From assembly GCA_001599295.1 (NCBI GenBank), contig BCGN01000003.1:1426001-1490000 (forward strand): a stretch of 64,000 bases of DNA. Direction: 5' to 3'. Source of the stretch: Sporopachydermia quercuum (taxonomy: Eukaryota). Below, in pieces: positions 1 through 10,585 of the stretch. The position numbers were made by a program, and so were the translations under genes. The notes under the pieces were generated by a model. That model saw only the letters and a program-made list of their open reading frames with translations, ran no database searches and had not been told where the DNA came from. How positions within the stretch are numbered: the first letter of the stretch is position 1; every line of letters begins with the position of its first letter.

Positions 1-228
1 CTTTGATTTATGTTAACAATTATATATAAATACTGATAGATTACAAATACTTACAAGTCATCGGCTATCAAATACCAATAGAATCCAGTCCATTTACTTC
101 CTATCATTATTATTCATCTTCATTAATAAAGTTATCATAGTTTTTACAACTACACTGCTTTATCAACCGATCATCATAAACTCCCACAATCCAAATCTCT
201 TCCTGGTTCCTAGTTCCCTTTCCAAATC

Positions 229-2937
229 CTACACACTGTCTGTTGAGCTAATACTATCACCACATTGATCCATACTATCTACTGCTAACAATGCCTCATC
301 AATTGAATCAAAATACAACCTACTCCTAATGCGTCCATCTGGTAATACAATTGGAACAATAGGATTCACTCCTGCTGTTTCTCCTAACACCTCGTCTGCC
401 CTTGAGATCATTGAATTGATACCTGACCTTTCTAATCCTTTCCTAATTTCAACATTATAAGGAACACGTGTTAATAACACTTTGATTCCCCTTCTTCTAT
501 ATGAAGAAACAATCTCGTTGAGAATCTGTAATGCTGAAGAGTCAATTTCTGATACTCCATTCAAATCAATGATCAAGAACCGGGTCATGATCTCCTGCCG
601 AGTCCTGGGTTGACCCGGATGTACTTTCAACGACCCGTATAACTCTAATCGTTTGAGCCTAGACCTCAAGTCACCAGCATTAGCAAACGTTAACGGTTCA
701 GGCACTTTAACAATCAAACAACCTTCAATTTCTTCTAATACCTCAAGGATTCTTTCATTCCCTTCATCCCCATTGTTTCCATGACCAATAGCACCATTAT
801 GTTTTCTCATGTAGTCATCATAATCTTCAAATTCATCAGCATTGAGAAATGTGGAAGTATGAGGGATTCTACCAAGAATCTGAATGCGGGATTTTGTTGC
901 GTGTCGGATAACTCTTAGCAGTGAAAAAGCAACTCCTAATAGAACACCGATTTCCACTGAATAGAAGATTGTTATCAGCAATGTTATGAAAAACGTGAAC
1001 AGTTCTTCATATCCTTTGGTTTTCCAATGGAACTTCAAATCTCTGGGTGATTCTTCTAATAAAGAAAGACCCACAACAGTTACAACAGCAGATAAAACAC
1101 ATTTCGGTAGGTAATAGAAATAATGCATGAAATAGTTCAAACTGATGAGAGTAATAACAGCCATGACACAGCCTGACATCAACGTTTTCCCCCCAGAAAG
1201 AACGTTGATTTTGCTTCTACCATAGCCACCAAAAGCCGGCAGAGCCCCAAACAGAGATCCTGCAAAATTGCATACTCCCAGGGCAACTAGTTCACGATTT
1301 GACGAGATGTTATAGTCAAAGGCACTGCCCAAGGCTTTGGCAGCAGTTGTAGACTCAAAGAAGCCTAAGACAGCTATTAAGAATGAAGCTGTGAAGCTAT
1401 CATTGAGGAATCTCCAAGTGCGACTTGTAAAAGGGAAAGATAATTCCAGTTTACCTGGGCTTATAGGGCCTACGATCTCGACGCCAAAATTGTGATGCCA
1501 ATCAAAGACATTTGAGCAAATGGTGGAAGCAATAACAGCAATGAGGATCTCAGGAACAAACATAAGCCATTTTGTTGATGGTTTAGAAGCCCAGTAGGCT
1601 TTGCAAGATCTAATAGCAAGCATGAAGCTAATAGCTATTATTGCTATGACAAGAGTGAATAATTGTATGTCGTTTCTCTGATTCCAGATAAATATGCATT
1701 TTTCAAAAGGTGAATGATAGAGCTTTGGTGATTCTTCAAACAGCTTTGATAATCCCAGTTCTGCGATAGCAGAAGTAATCACCATGACAATACCTACAGC
1801 GGAGATAAATCCTTGTAGTAAAGCTCTAGATAGGACATTGTCAAGATATCCTAATCTCATTAGACCAGCAGCTAGTAAAACACCACCAGATGCACCGGCC
1901 ATAACCGTAGCAACATCACCGGTAGATATGTCTGGATAACCGTCACCATCATAATCAATACGGGTACTTAGTTCAACGGCTTGTCCTACAACAAGAGAAA
2001 TAGCTGCTTCAGGTCCAACTATCATCTGAGGTACACTGCCCATAAATGCATATAATATAGGCTGAATAGCTAATCCATATAAACCAGAAGCTGCTGGAAC
2101 ATGGGCTAGAGATGTGGCATAAGACATAGACAATGGGATTTGAAAAGATGAAAGACTTAATCCTGCTACTAGGTCTCCCCAGAATAGTGTTAGATTATAC
2201 TGAGGTAGCCATGACATGAACGGTATGTAATAAGAGATATAATATTTGGTCGTATCTGGTAATGTTCCTGTTGTATAATAATTGGCATCCTTATATCGAT
2301 CGGAAATGGTATTGTGCTCATCATTGAAAGATATATTATCAGCATTTATACCCTTGTTAGCAAGCAATTGAGATTCCTCGTTTATACCGGACGCATTTGC
2401 TTGGTTTGAGACGGATCTCCTGTGAGGTTTGAACAAAGGGTCATTTGAGTAGCTGGGTCTTCGGGTCAATGATATAAGTGGAACAGTTCGAAGGGGAGAT
2501 GGGCTTTGGAAATGAGTCAAATGATGGCAAGATTCCGGATTAAGAGAATCTCTCTCGAATCGAGATGATCGCCGTTGACGGTTAGAGTATTGAGAGTTCC
2601 TATCGTTGTTTAAGGAGCTTTCTTGAGATTTANTACTCCCATCTTCTCTACCATTGTTTCCCGATGAAAGAGCAGTAGAGAGGTACTGAGAAACAGGGTA
2701 ATCAAATTTAGAGACTGGATTCAAAACTGAATTACCGCTTGGCTGATTTCTGTCTCTCCCAGAACGGTCAAATCGGAGAAGATCTGTAGCGCTGTCGGAA
2801 GTCTCAGGACGGCGAAGTCTCCGACCAACACTCGTTTGCGGTGGTGATAAAGATCTAATAGCGGAGATCGACCTTTTGACTAATGGTGAAGGCTCTCGTT
2901 TGTCCAGTAATCGAGCTCTTTCAGAGGAGAACGCCAT
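229..2937 (-). CDS. SulP/SLC26 anion (sulfate) transporter with C-terminal STAS domain, YPR003C-like
   Basis: 902 aa ORF with a disordered N-terminus, SulP signature (GDLVAGLSLSSFQIPLSMSYA...GLYG), NRELVALG motif, many TM segments and a STAS domain (LIIDLNGVSEIDSSALQ). Confidence 0.9.
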   Translation of the reverse strand: MAFSSERARLLDKREPSPLVKRSISAIRSLSPPQTSVGRRLRRPETSDSATDLLRFDRSGRDRNQPSGNSVLNPVSKFDYPVSQYLSTALSSGNNGREDGSXKSQESSLNNDRNSQYSNRQRRSSRFERDSLNPESCHHLTHFQSPSPLRTVPLISLTRRPSYSNDPLFKPHRRSVSNQANASGINEESQLLANKGINADNISFNDEHNTISDRYKDANYYTTGTLPDTTKYYISYYIPFMSWLPQYNLTLFWGDLVAGLSLSSFQIPLSMSYATSLAHVPAASGLYGLAIQPILYAFMGSVPQMIVGPEAAISLVVGQAVELSTRIDYDGDGYPDISTGDVATVMAGASGGVLLAAGLMRLGYLDNVLSRALLQGFISAVGIVMVITSAIAELGLSKLFEESPKLYHSPFEKCIFIWNQRNDIQLFTLVIAIIAISFMLAIRSCKAYWASKPSTKWLMFVPEILIAVIASTICSNVFDWHHNFGVEIVGPISPGKLELSFPFTSRTWRFLNDSFTASFLIAVLGFFESTTAAKALGSAFDYNISSNRELVALGVCNFAGSLFGALPAFGGYGRSKINVLSGGKTLMSGCVMAVITLISLNYFMHYFYYLPKCVLSAVVTVVGLSLLEESPRDLKFHWKTKGYEELFTFFITLLITIFYSVEIGVLLGVAFSLLRVIRHATKSRIQILGRIPHTSTFLNADEFEDYDDYMRKHNGAIGHGNNGDEGNERILEVLEEIEGCLIVKVPEPLTFANAGDLRSRLKRLELYGSLKVHPGQPRTRQEIMTRFLIIDLNGVSEIDSSALQILNEIVSSYRRRGIKVLLTRVPYNVEIRKGLERSGINSMISRADEVLGETAGVNPIVPIVLPDGRIRSRLYFDSIDEALLAVDSMDQCGDSISSTDSV

Positions 2938-4334
2938 TTTGTATATTGAAATTAATGCAAAGCTTTATGTGTATAAGGATGATTTTTGAGGCAGATAATA
3001 GATATCTTACCTATCGTGTCTATGAGTATTGATGCTGAGATAGACTGATGATGACATAAGCATCACGAGGTTGANTGAACTGTTTGAATATTTGTACGAC
3101 GGATTAAAAAAGGTGTCTCGAAATTAAACACAGTTAAACGCTGTGATTCTAAGTGTATAATTCAATATTTGAATAGTGGTAAATGAGAAATGGACAGTAG
3201 TAGATATTAGCTCCAAAAGTGTTAACAATCAGAGTTAAATCAGTGTGACAGACCCACGCCCTATTAGTTTGAATACTAGATGGTTGATTCTACAGTTAAT
3301 AATATAAGTAGCAAACGTTTTACTGAGTTATTTTGGTTATTCTCAGCAAAAACTATTTGTTTTATAGCAAGAAAAGTACTGTTTACATAGTGAAATGCTA
3401 TTTATCAAAACATGGCGTTATGATTTGATACATAGGAAAGAGCAAAAAGAAAGCGAAACATAATAAGAATATCGGAAAAGATAGGAAAGCTCAACGGAAT
3501 TTCTGGAGAGATGCATAACTAGTGCATGAGATGTTCGGAATCTGTATGTTATTTGGTGGTAGCTTCCAGTCTTCGAGCAACAGACTTTGCCGCTTTGATA
3601 TTGAAATTAGTAGTCTATTTGACCATTATGCTAATAGAATCTTTAGTTTTAGTATAGCTATTAAAAATGTTGGAAGACTTCAAAAGAATTTTACTACGTG
3701 GAGGGTATTGATATAGCCCTGACTCTAAAGCTACAAAAAATAATCATAGGCTCTTGCATGAATTTTACATATTTATGCATATCACATGCGGAGAAGTAGT
3801 ACCACGTTTTTTNTGAGGAATTGGAGATGTTATGTTGGTATAATATCATATGTTTTCATATAACTTTGTGATCTTTTGACTTAAATATATAAATTTATAC
3901 TAATTGTCATAAAGCAGCGCCATAAAAACTCAAGTTTTTATGAATAAATATTCTTATTTTCAATATCATATACCATCAATTACAACTCGACTGTCTGACT
4001 ATTCGTATGTATAATATTCAAGTTCTTAAACTCTAAACGTTCAAAGTTCATTATTTCTCATATGCATTGACACGCATGATGTCTCGTAACTTTCCGTTTT
4101 CGGAGAGATTAACAACTTTATTTATTTTTCATTTATTACTGTTGTTTTCTAATTACTGAAAGGTATTAAGTATCATCATCTAATAATTCACTATCATTAA
4201 CGACTATTTACTTTTATCGTGCGGATTTTATATCGTATTTTTGGTAACAGTTGGTTGTGGTTCAATTTAATCTGTTTAAATGATAGTTTGCGGAACCAAA
4301 CAATTAATTGCATAGCAGAAAGATTGGGTTCAAA

Positions 4335-6060
4335 ATGCCTGAAGATGTTGAAAGACACAGTAAAAAGCTGAGAGTAGGTGAGACTATTGAAAGGAGCAAT
4401 AAAGGTATTGCTAATGGAACTCTCAACCTAAATCATGAATCCACCGCAGAATCTGTTGAGCGTCAAAGTGATAATTCAATGAGTAGTTTATACTTAGAGA
4501 CTGTAAGTGTCATGGCAATAAAGGTGTAATGTATTGTTCTTCATGAGAGAAAGCAGTTACGTTGGTCAAAGGAAGAAAGAATATCTACATTTGAATAAAG
4601 TTAGCCATGCTGTTGAAATGTCTACTAACATCAATTAATTTTAATAGATAGATAGACTGAAAGTTGATTTTGATTTTGAAAAGGTCTGCTCTGTTTCTTT
4701 ATCAAAAGTTAACATATATTCTTGTCTAGTATGTGGTAAATACTTCCAAGGAAGAGGCAAGCAATCTTATGCATATTTTCATAGCGTGAATGAAGATCAT
4801 CATCCATTCATTAATCTTAGTACCAGAAAAGTATACATTCTTCCTGAGAACTACGAAGTGACCGATGCCTCATTAAACGATATCAAATATGTTGTAAACC
4901 CTACTTATACTGTTGAAGAAGTCAGAGCACTTGACTCCAAAGCGGTTTCCTGTTTGACTTTAGAACGAAAATCATATTCTCAAGGCTTCATCGGAATCAA
5001 TAATATAAAAGAAAATGATTTTGCCAATGTGGTCCTTCAATCGATTATGCATGTGAAGCCAATTAGAGACTTCTTTCTTCTGAATAATTGTCATGAACTA
5101 CCGGTGGATTCTAGCGTGAATACTGAGTTAGCAGAGAAATTCAGTATTATTACTAGAAAACTATGGAATGGTAAAGTATTCAGGGCTCATATTTCTCCTC
5201 ATGAATTTCTGCAGTATGTTTCTCAGCTATCAAATAAGAAATTTGTTATAACCAAGCAAGCTGATCCCTTTGCTTTTCTCAATTGGTTATTGAATCAGTT
5301 GCATTTAAGCTTGGGAGGCAGCAAAACAGTACCACTTTCAAGCTTGATTCAGAAGACATTTCAAGGCAAAGTTCAAATGGAAATGGAAGATATAAAAACT
5401 GGAGGTTTAACGAGAAAAGTTCTACCATTTTTGTTTCTCAAGCTAGACTTACCGCCTTTGCCTACCTTCAAATCCGGTAGACAAACAGAAGGAATATTGC
5501 AAGTATCTTTATCTAGCTTAATGAATAAATACAATGGTATAACAGAAAATAAAGAAACCATTTCCAAGGGATTCATTAGAAGGTTTAAGATTGCTGAGGC
5601 TCCTAAGTATCTTATACTGCATATTGATCGATTTAATAACTCTTTGAATAAGTTTACTATTATGGAGGATAGAAATAGCACTGTTGTGAATTTTCCTTTG
5701 GTCATTGACATATCACCATATGTCAAAAATAGTAAGTGCTATAATAACAATGATGACAATGGAGATAAACAACCTGTTAATTATCGATTGATAGCCAATA
5801 TAGCATATCAGTCAACAAATCAAGTCAGTGACTTATCCACGATTACACCTNCAAAGCATGTCTCAGATATCAATAAGGATGAGCCTCAGATTGAAAGGAA
5901 ACAAACAAAACGTGAAGGNGCTTCACATAGTTGGAAAATACAATTACTAGACAAAGCTACTAATGATTGGTATGAGATACAGGATCTAGAAGTCAAGAAG
6001 ATTCAACAGGAGATGATAATTTTGAGTGAAACGTATATTCAAATATGGGAGAAACTATAG
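4335..6060 (+). CDS. SAD1: U4/U6.U5 tri-snRNP protein Sad1/USP39 (ZnF-UBP plus inactive USP domain); 2 exons 4335-4502 and 4648-6060
   Basis: Splicing GTAAGT(4503)..TACTAAC(4623-4629)..TAG(4647) gives LYLET|IDRLKVDFDFEKVCSVSLS...YSCLVCGKYFQGRG, in frame with the 4786-6060 ORF. GINNIKENDFANV has Asp in place of the catalytic Cys, as in USP39. Confidence 0.93.
4503..4647 (+). other. Spliceosomal intron in SAD1 (145 nt, phase 0)
   Basis: GTAAGT donor, TACTAAC branch point and TAG acceptor; removal restores a conserved motif. Confidence 0.9.
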
Positions 6061-6345
6061 AATATGATAAAAGATGATGATGATATATCACAGTTTGAAG
6101 ATGCCCCAGGATAAAAGACATATATAATATATAAGGTTGGGACAAATCATAAGTACTGATAGTATCAATGAATGTATATATAGCTACAGATCAATAGAAG
6201 AGCATAGCAACAAATTCAGAGCATGGCCTAATGTCAACGTAATATACATGGAAACACGAAGGTGATAATCACAGTATAGGTGAATTAAATCTTTTCGATG
6301 ATTAGTAGTATGGATGACTGAATGGTAATAAGAATGTGTATGTAT

Positions 6346-7281
6346 TTATTTGATGGCAACTGAGTTGATGTTACTTGCTAGCAGACTCACAACGTTTTCT
6401 TCGATACGCTTCTCAGCTGTTTCTGATAAATGTTTCTTGGGGTCTTGTTTTCCGACGTATCGAGTCTTTAGTTCGTCTTCAGTGAACTCCTTTTCTTCTT
6501 GTATTCTTGTTGCATATTGTTCTGCTAGTTTCACCATCCTCTTCACTGATTCAGTGTTTTCCTTCGATTCGTGTTCGTAGTCTTTTAATAATAAACCAGA
6601 GTCCCATTTTGTCTTGTGAAGATTTAATAGCATAGCGACTTCAAGTTGTGGTTTAGAATAGTTGATATTAATTGAATAGTAATGTCGATTCAGGCCATGG
6701 ATCAAAGCTTGAATAGAAGGTTTGTTGATATGGCCAGTATTACTTGTAGATTGTCTTGGTTCTTTGCCCATGACTAATGAATTAGTGTTGATTAATCTGA
6801 ATGCATCAATAACCACTTTACCTTTAACTGATTGAATAGGATCAATGACCACAGCAACAGCTCTTCTGTTCAATTGTTCAAAACTTTGTTGTGTATTGAT
6901 ATCCACACTTGAAAGCCAACAACCAAAACCAGGATGTGAGTGATACCAGCCGACAACCATTTCGTCTCTACCGGTTTGGCGTAACATATCCATCATCCGG
7001 GCTTGAAATACATCATCCACCGCTTCAACACTAACGCCAGTTCCACTTTGAGGCATGGCAAACACATCTTTAACAATTACAGTATAATCATCAACAACTT
7101 CACCAAGCATTAATCCCATGACTTCCATTGGCACACCGGCTCTTCCGTGTTTCAACATTTTCAGTAAGGCTAATGATGATATATGAACTGTCTCTGCGTT
7201 ATCAATCACTGGTCCATCAGCTAAGGCTGCTCCACCACCTAGAGCACCAGCTTGGCTCAGCATTCTTTGTAAACGATCCAT
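6346..7281 (-). CDS. RPN11: 26S proteasome lid JAMM deubiquitinase Rpn11
   Basis: [28 protein letters not shown] and intact JAMM motif [16 protein letters not shown]. Confidence 0.98.
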   Translation of the reverse strand: MDRLQRMLSQAGALGGGAALADGPVIDNAETVHISSLALLKMLKHGRAGVPMEVMGLMLGEVVDDYTVIVKDVFAMPQSGTGVSVEAVDDVFQARMMDMLRQTGRDEMVVGWYHSHPGFGCWLSSVDINTQQSFEQLNRRAVAVVIDPIQSVKGKVVIDAFRLINTNSLVMGKEPRQSTSNTGHINKPSIQALIHGLNRHYYSININYSKPQLEVAMLLNLHKTKWDSGLLLKDYEHESKENTESVKRMVKLAEQYATRIQEEKEFTEDELKTRYVGKQDPKKHLSETAEKRIEENVVSLLASNINSVAIK

Positions 7282-7416
7282 TATTGAACTGAGATTGAGG
7301 ATGCTATAACTAGTTTATCAATAAAATAAATGGCTGTTTGATAGTATTATTCAATTATTATATAAAATCATAGTCCAAAACTAACTAACTAGTTGATTGA
7401 TTGTTTGAATATCTGT

Positions 7417-7424
7417 AGTGGCAA
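7417..7424 (+). promoter_or_regulatory. PACE/Rpn4-like element upstream of RPN11
   Basis: AGTGGCAA about 140 bp upstream of the RPN11 ATG, a variant of GGTGGCAAA. Confidence 0.55.
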
Positions 7425-7531
7425 TCATATAATATAGATCCGTTGTGCATTACTAACTACTGCATATCCACTTAGATAGATACATAATGTATTAATGTAT
7501 TGAATGAATAGCTTACTACCCAAAGTGTAGG

Positions 7532-7539
7532 TTACCCGG
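7532..7539 (+). promoter_or_regulatory. Reb1-type site (TTACCCGG)
   Basis: Exact Reb1 consensus between the AIM45 3' end and the RPN11 promoter. Confidence 0.5.
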
Positions 7540-7759
7540 AACTTCAGTTATACAGTTCAGGAGATTAGATTTTTAAGTTCATCTCGGTCCCATATCAGGT
7601 GTTTAATGCTTAATGTAATGTTGGTAATAGGATAGATCACAAATAAGGTACAAAATTGTGAAATATGTATGATAAGGAGCTACGAATACATAAGAATAAA
7701 TAGGTATGTCGACATAAAGGATTGTGGATATGGAAGAGTAAGTGATAGCTGAATAGTAT

Positions 7760-8773
7760 TTACTTGAGCTCGTTGAATTTCTTTGTTAGTTCAGGGACAG
7801 CTTCGAACAAATCACCCACATAACCAACATCAGCGACTTGGAAAATGGGAGCTTCTTCGTCCTTGTTGATGGCAGCGATGACCTTAGAATCTTTCATACC
7901 AGCAAGATGTTGAATAGCACCGGAAATACCGACGGCAAGGTAGAGATCAGGAGCAACTACTTTACCAGTTTGACCAACTTGCAAAGAGTTATCAGCAAAT
8001 CCAGAATCAACGGCAGCTCTAGAAGCACCAACAGCAGCATTTAATGATTCTGCTAATGGGAAAATCAAGCTTTCGAAATTTTCCTTAGATTTAAGACCTC
8101 TACCACCAGAAACAACCTTTGAAGCAGATGTTAAGTCTGGTCTTTCAGACTTTACAACTTCTTCACCTTCCCAGGTAAGAATGGAAGGTTCATTAGGATC
8201 ACTAGCAGCTTCAATTGGTGCAGATCCAGAACTTGGTGTAACAGCATCGAAAGCGGTACCTCTGACAGTAACGAGCTTGATAGGGTCCTTCGATTTGACT
8301 GTAGCTAAAGCATTACCAGCGTAAATGGGACGAATGAAAGTGTCTTCAGATTCAACTGAAGTGATATCAGAAATTTGCTGAACATCAAGAATAGCTGAGA
8401 CTCTTGGTAGAACATTTTTACCAACAGAGGTTGCGGCAGCAAAAACGTGGGTTGCTCCTTGCTCTTTGGTGACACCAGCAATCAAAGCAGCCAAGTTATC
8501 TGGTAAGCTCTTGTCATACGCTTCATTCTCAGCAATCAAAATCTTAGAAACGCCTTCAACTCCTGAAAGTGATTCAGCGATAGCCTTAGATGAGCTACCC
8601 GAGACTAACAAAGTCAAGTCACCCCCAACTTTCTTAGCAGCTGTAATGGTGTTCAAAGAGCTTGGAACAATAGCGCCTCCATTTTGCTCAACAAATGCAA
8701 CAGTAGATGCAAATCTACTAACAAAAGATGAGAATGCAGGTCTAGAGAATAATCGGCTGCCAGTTCTCAACAT
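7760..8773 (-). CDS. AIM45: Electron transfer flavoprotein alpha subunit, mitochondrial
   Basis: Arg/Ser-rich presequence MLRTGSRLFSR; FAD-binding motifs VVSGGRGLKS, GASRAAVD, QVGQTGKVVAPDLYLAVGISGAIQHLAGM. Confidence 0.97.
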   Translation of the reverse strand: MLRTGSRLFSRPAFSSFVSRFASTVAFVEQNGGAIVPSSLNTITAAKKVGGDLTLLVSGSSSKAIAESLSGVEGVSKILIAENEAYDKSLPDNLAALIAGVTKEQGATHVFAAATSVGKNVLPRVSAILDVQQISDITSVESEDTFIRPIYAGNALATVKSKDPIKLVTVRGTAFDAVTPSSGSAPIEAASDPNEPSILTWEGEEVVKSERPDLTSASKVVSGGRGLKSKENFESLIFPLAESLNAAVGASRAAVDSGFADNSLQVGQTGKVVAPDLYLAVGISGAIQHLAGMKDSKVIAAINKDEEAPIFQVADVGYVGDLFEAVPELTKKFNELK

Positions 8774-8848
8774 CTAGTTATATTGTTAGCATGATTCACA
8801 ATATTGCAATACTCATATTTAGATCCATTCAAGTATTGATTCACTTAC
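8774..8848 (-). other. 5'UTR intron of ETF-alpha ending directly at the ATG (75 nt)
   Basis: Minus strand reads GTAAGT(8848)...TGCTAAC...AATATAACTAG|ATG. Confidence 0.8.
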
Positions 8849-10585
8849 TTTAATTTATGATAATGATGAAATATGCAATTGAGATGACTCCTGTGTGTTT
8901 AACTGCCAGATTGAACAGGCAAGTACGCAAATCCTGAAAATGTACTATTCTATTGAGTCTCAACCTCAGCAGTGATCCTAAAAGAAAATCATACAACAAA
9001 CTAAGTATCAAATCTTCCCTTTGAATTATGTAGAATCTCATTAACAGTTCATCCATTCGAAACTACTAACTCAGTTGATTCCTCCCTTATATTTTTCCAA
9101 GCTGTTTTTTGGTTTTCCTTTAAGGTGAAGAACGGAATTGCCGAGTTGAGCGGTGTCATCTCGAGAGATGCCCTCGATGTTCATCATAAGGGGTAAGTAA
9201 ACAAAAAATGGTGGTATGAAAGCCCCCCGCTCCCCTCAAGACAATAAACCGAGCACCCGATGAGGGGTGTATGGCGGTTAAGTGGGATTTCTGGGAATGA
9301 TAGTGAAACTAAAGGCGATGGATGGTATTATTAGGGCATTATTGATGAACTTTTGACGAGATGCGTATGATGAGATACAAGGTAAGGCATTGACCGATAT
9401 GCCATTTTTTGGATAAGGACTCAACCAGAGCGGGAATGGTGGTGATACATATGATATGAAATGTGGGGAAACAAGTTGAAGAAAGCAGAGGTACGATTAG
9501 CAATGTTTCGAATGTTGTATAGTTGTACATTGAGTACGTCGATTGAATCATTGGTAGTAATGAATAATCCTAGGGCAATTAACTCGATAAATCAATGAGC
9601 TGCGTACATATATGTTATATAATACAGTCTTTAAAGGCCTTTCTTTACCCTTACTTCTAATTCTTCCATTCTTTCTGCCACGTGATTTAAATAAATGATG
9701 AGACCTCATAATAAATTCACATTATTTCCGCTATTAGAAGGTCTCCGGATATTCCGTGTTCACTGCCTCTACGAATTTTAAATTGTCTCGACTGTTGACA
9801 TCAGTCATCTCACTTTCCTCCTCAGGATTCTCTACAAAAGTGAGAAAAAAAATGATAAGCCATTGCGCTGCGCCTACCACTAGTGAGTATGCCAATTCAG
9901 CATCGAAAACAGTGGTTATCCAGTTTGTATAACAGCCCCCACTTCTATTTTATCTGAATTTTAGTCGAGTACCTGACGGCTCGTGCCTGAAATTTTCCCA
10001 ATTTGGTAATTTTTATTCTATTTTTAATCCTAAATGGCAAGGAGATACGAGGACTAGCTGGGATAAATGATAATTTTAGAACAGTGGTGCCTGAATCCCC
10101 TGTTGGTTCTCCAAAAGTAAGTAAAAGCATTTAAATCCAACTAGTTGATCAACTGAAATCAGTAGAATAAAGAAGGAATAACCGACGGGGCAGTTCTTTT
10201 TATNGTCTTGACTAAGCTTTTCTTCCAGTCTACTATTCAGGGTCCAATTTCTTTCAATGTCTTGNAGTTTGTCATTAACATGCATCTCCTTTTGAATAGA
10301 ATTCAAGCTTTTGACAAGACGCACCTTACTTGTGACAATATTTGTACTTGGGATGATGACCGATGTCATGTATGACAAGAGAAAGTTGTATTAACTTAAG
10401 GACTGGAGAATTATTTATAACTCACAGTTCAGCTTCACATTTGTTATTAATCTGTGTTCACTGTATTGTATTATTATTTGAAAAAATTGACTATTGAGTT
10501 TTGAGTATTGGAATTTGAGCAGTTTCAGAACCGACTCAATTTTTGGGCTCAGAATAAGGATATTTTCTTTTGGTTCGACGAAATA

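Noticed and set aside
6074..6159. ATGATGA...CTGA C/D-box-like pair after SAD1
   Set aside because: It lies in the SAD1 3'UTR within a GAT repeat, with no recognisable guide or terminal stem.
7160..7170. Possible CUG codon reassignment (Ser or Ala clades)
   Set aside because: CTG occurs at invariant Leu positions: RPN11 ALLKM (GCC TTA CTG AAA) and GET3 SLKWIF (TCT CTG AAA).
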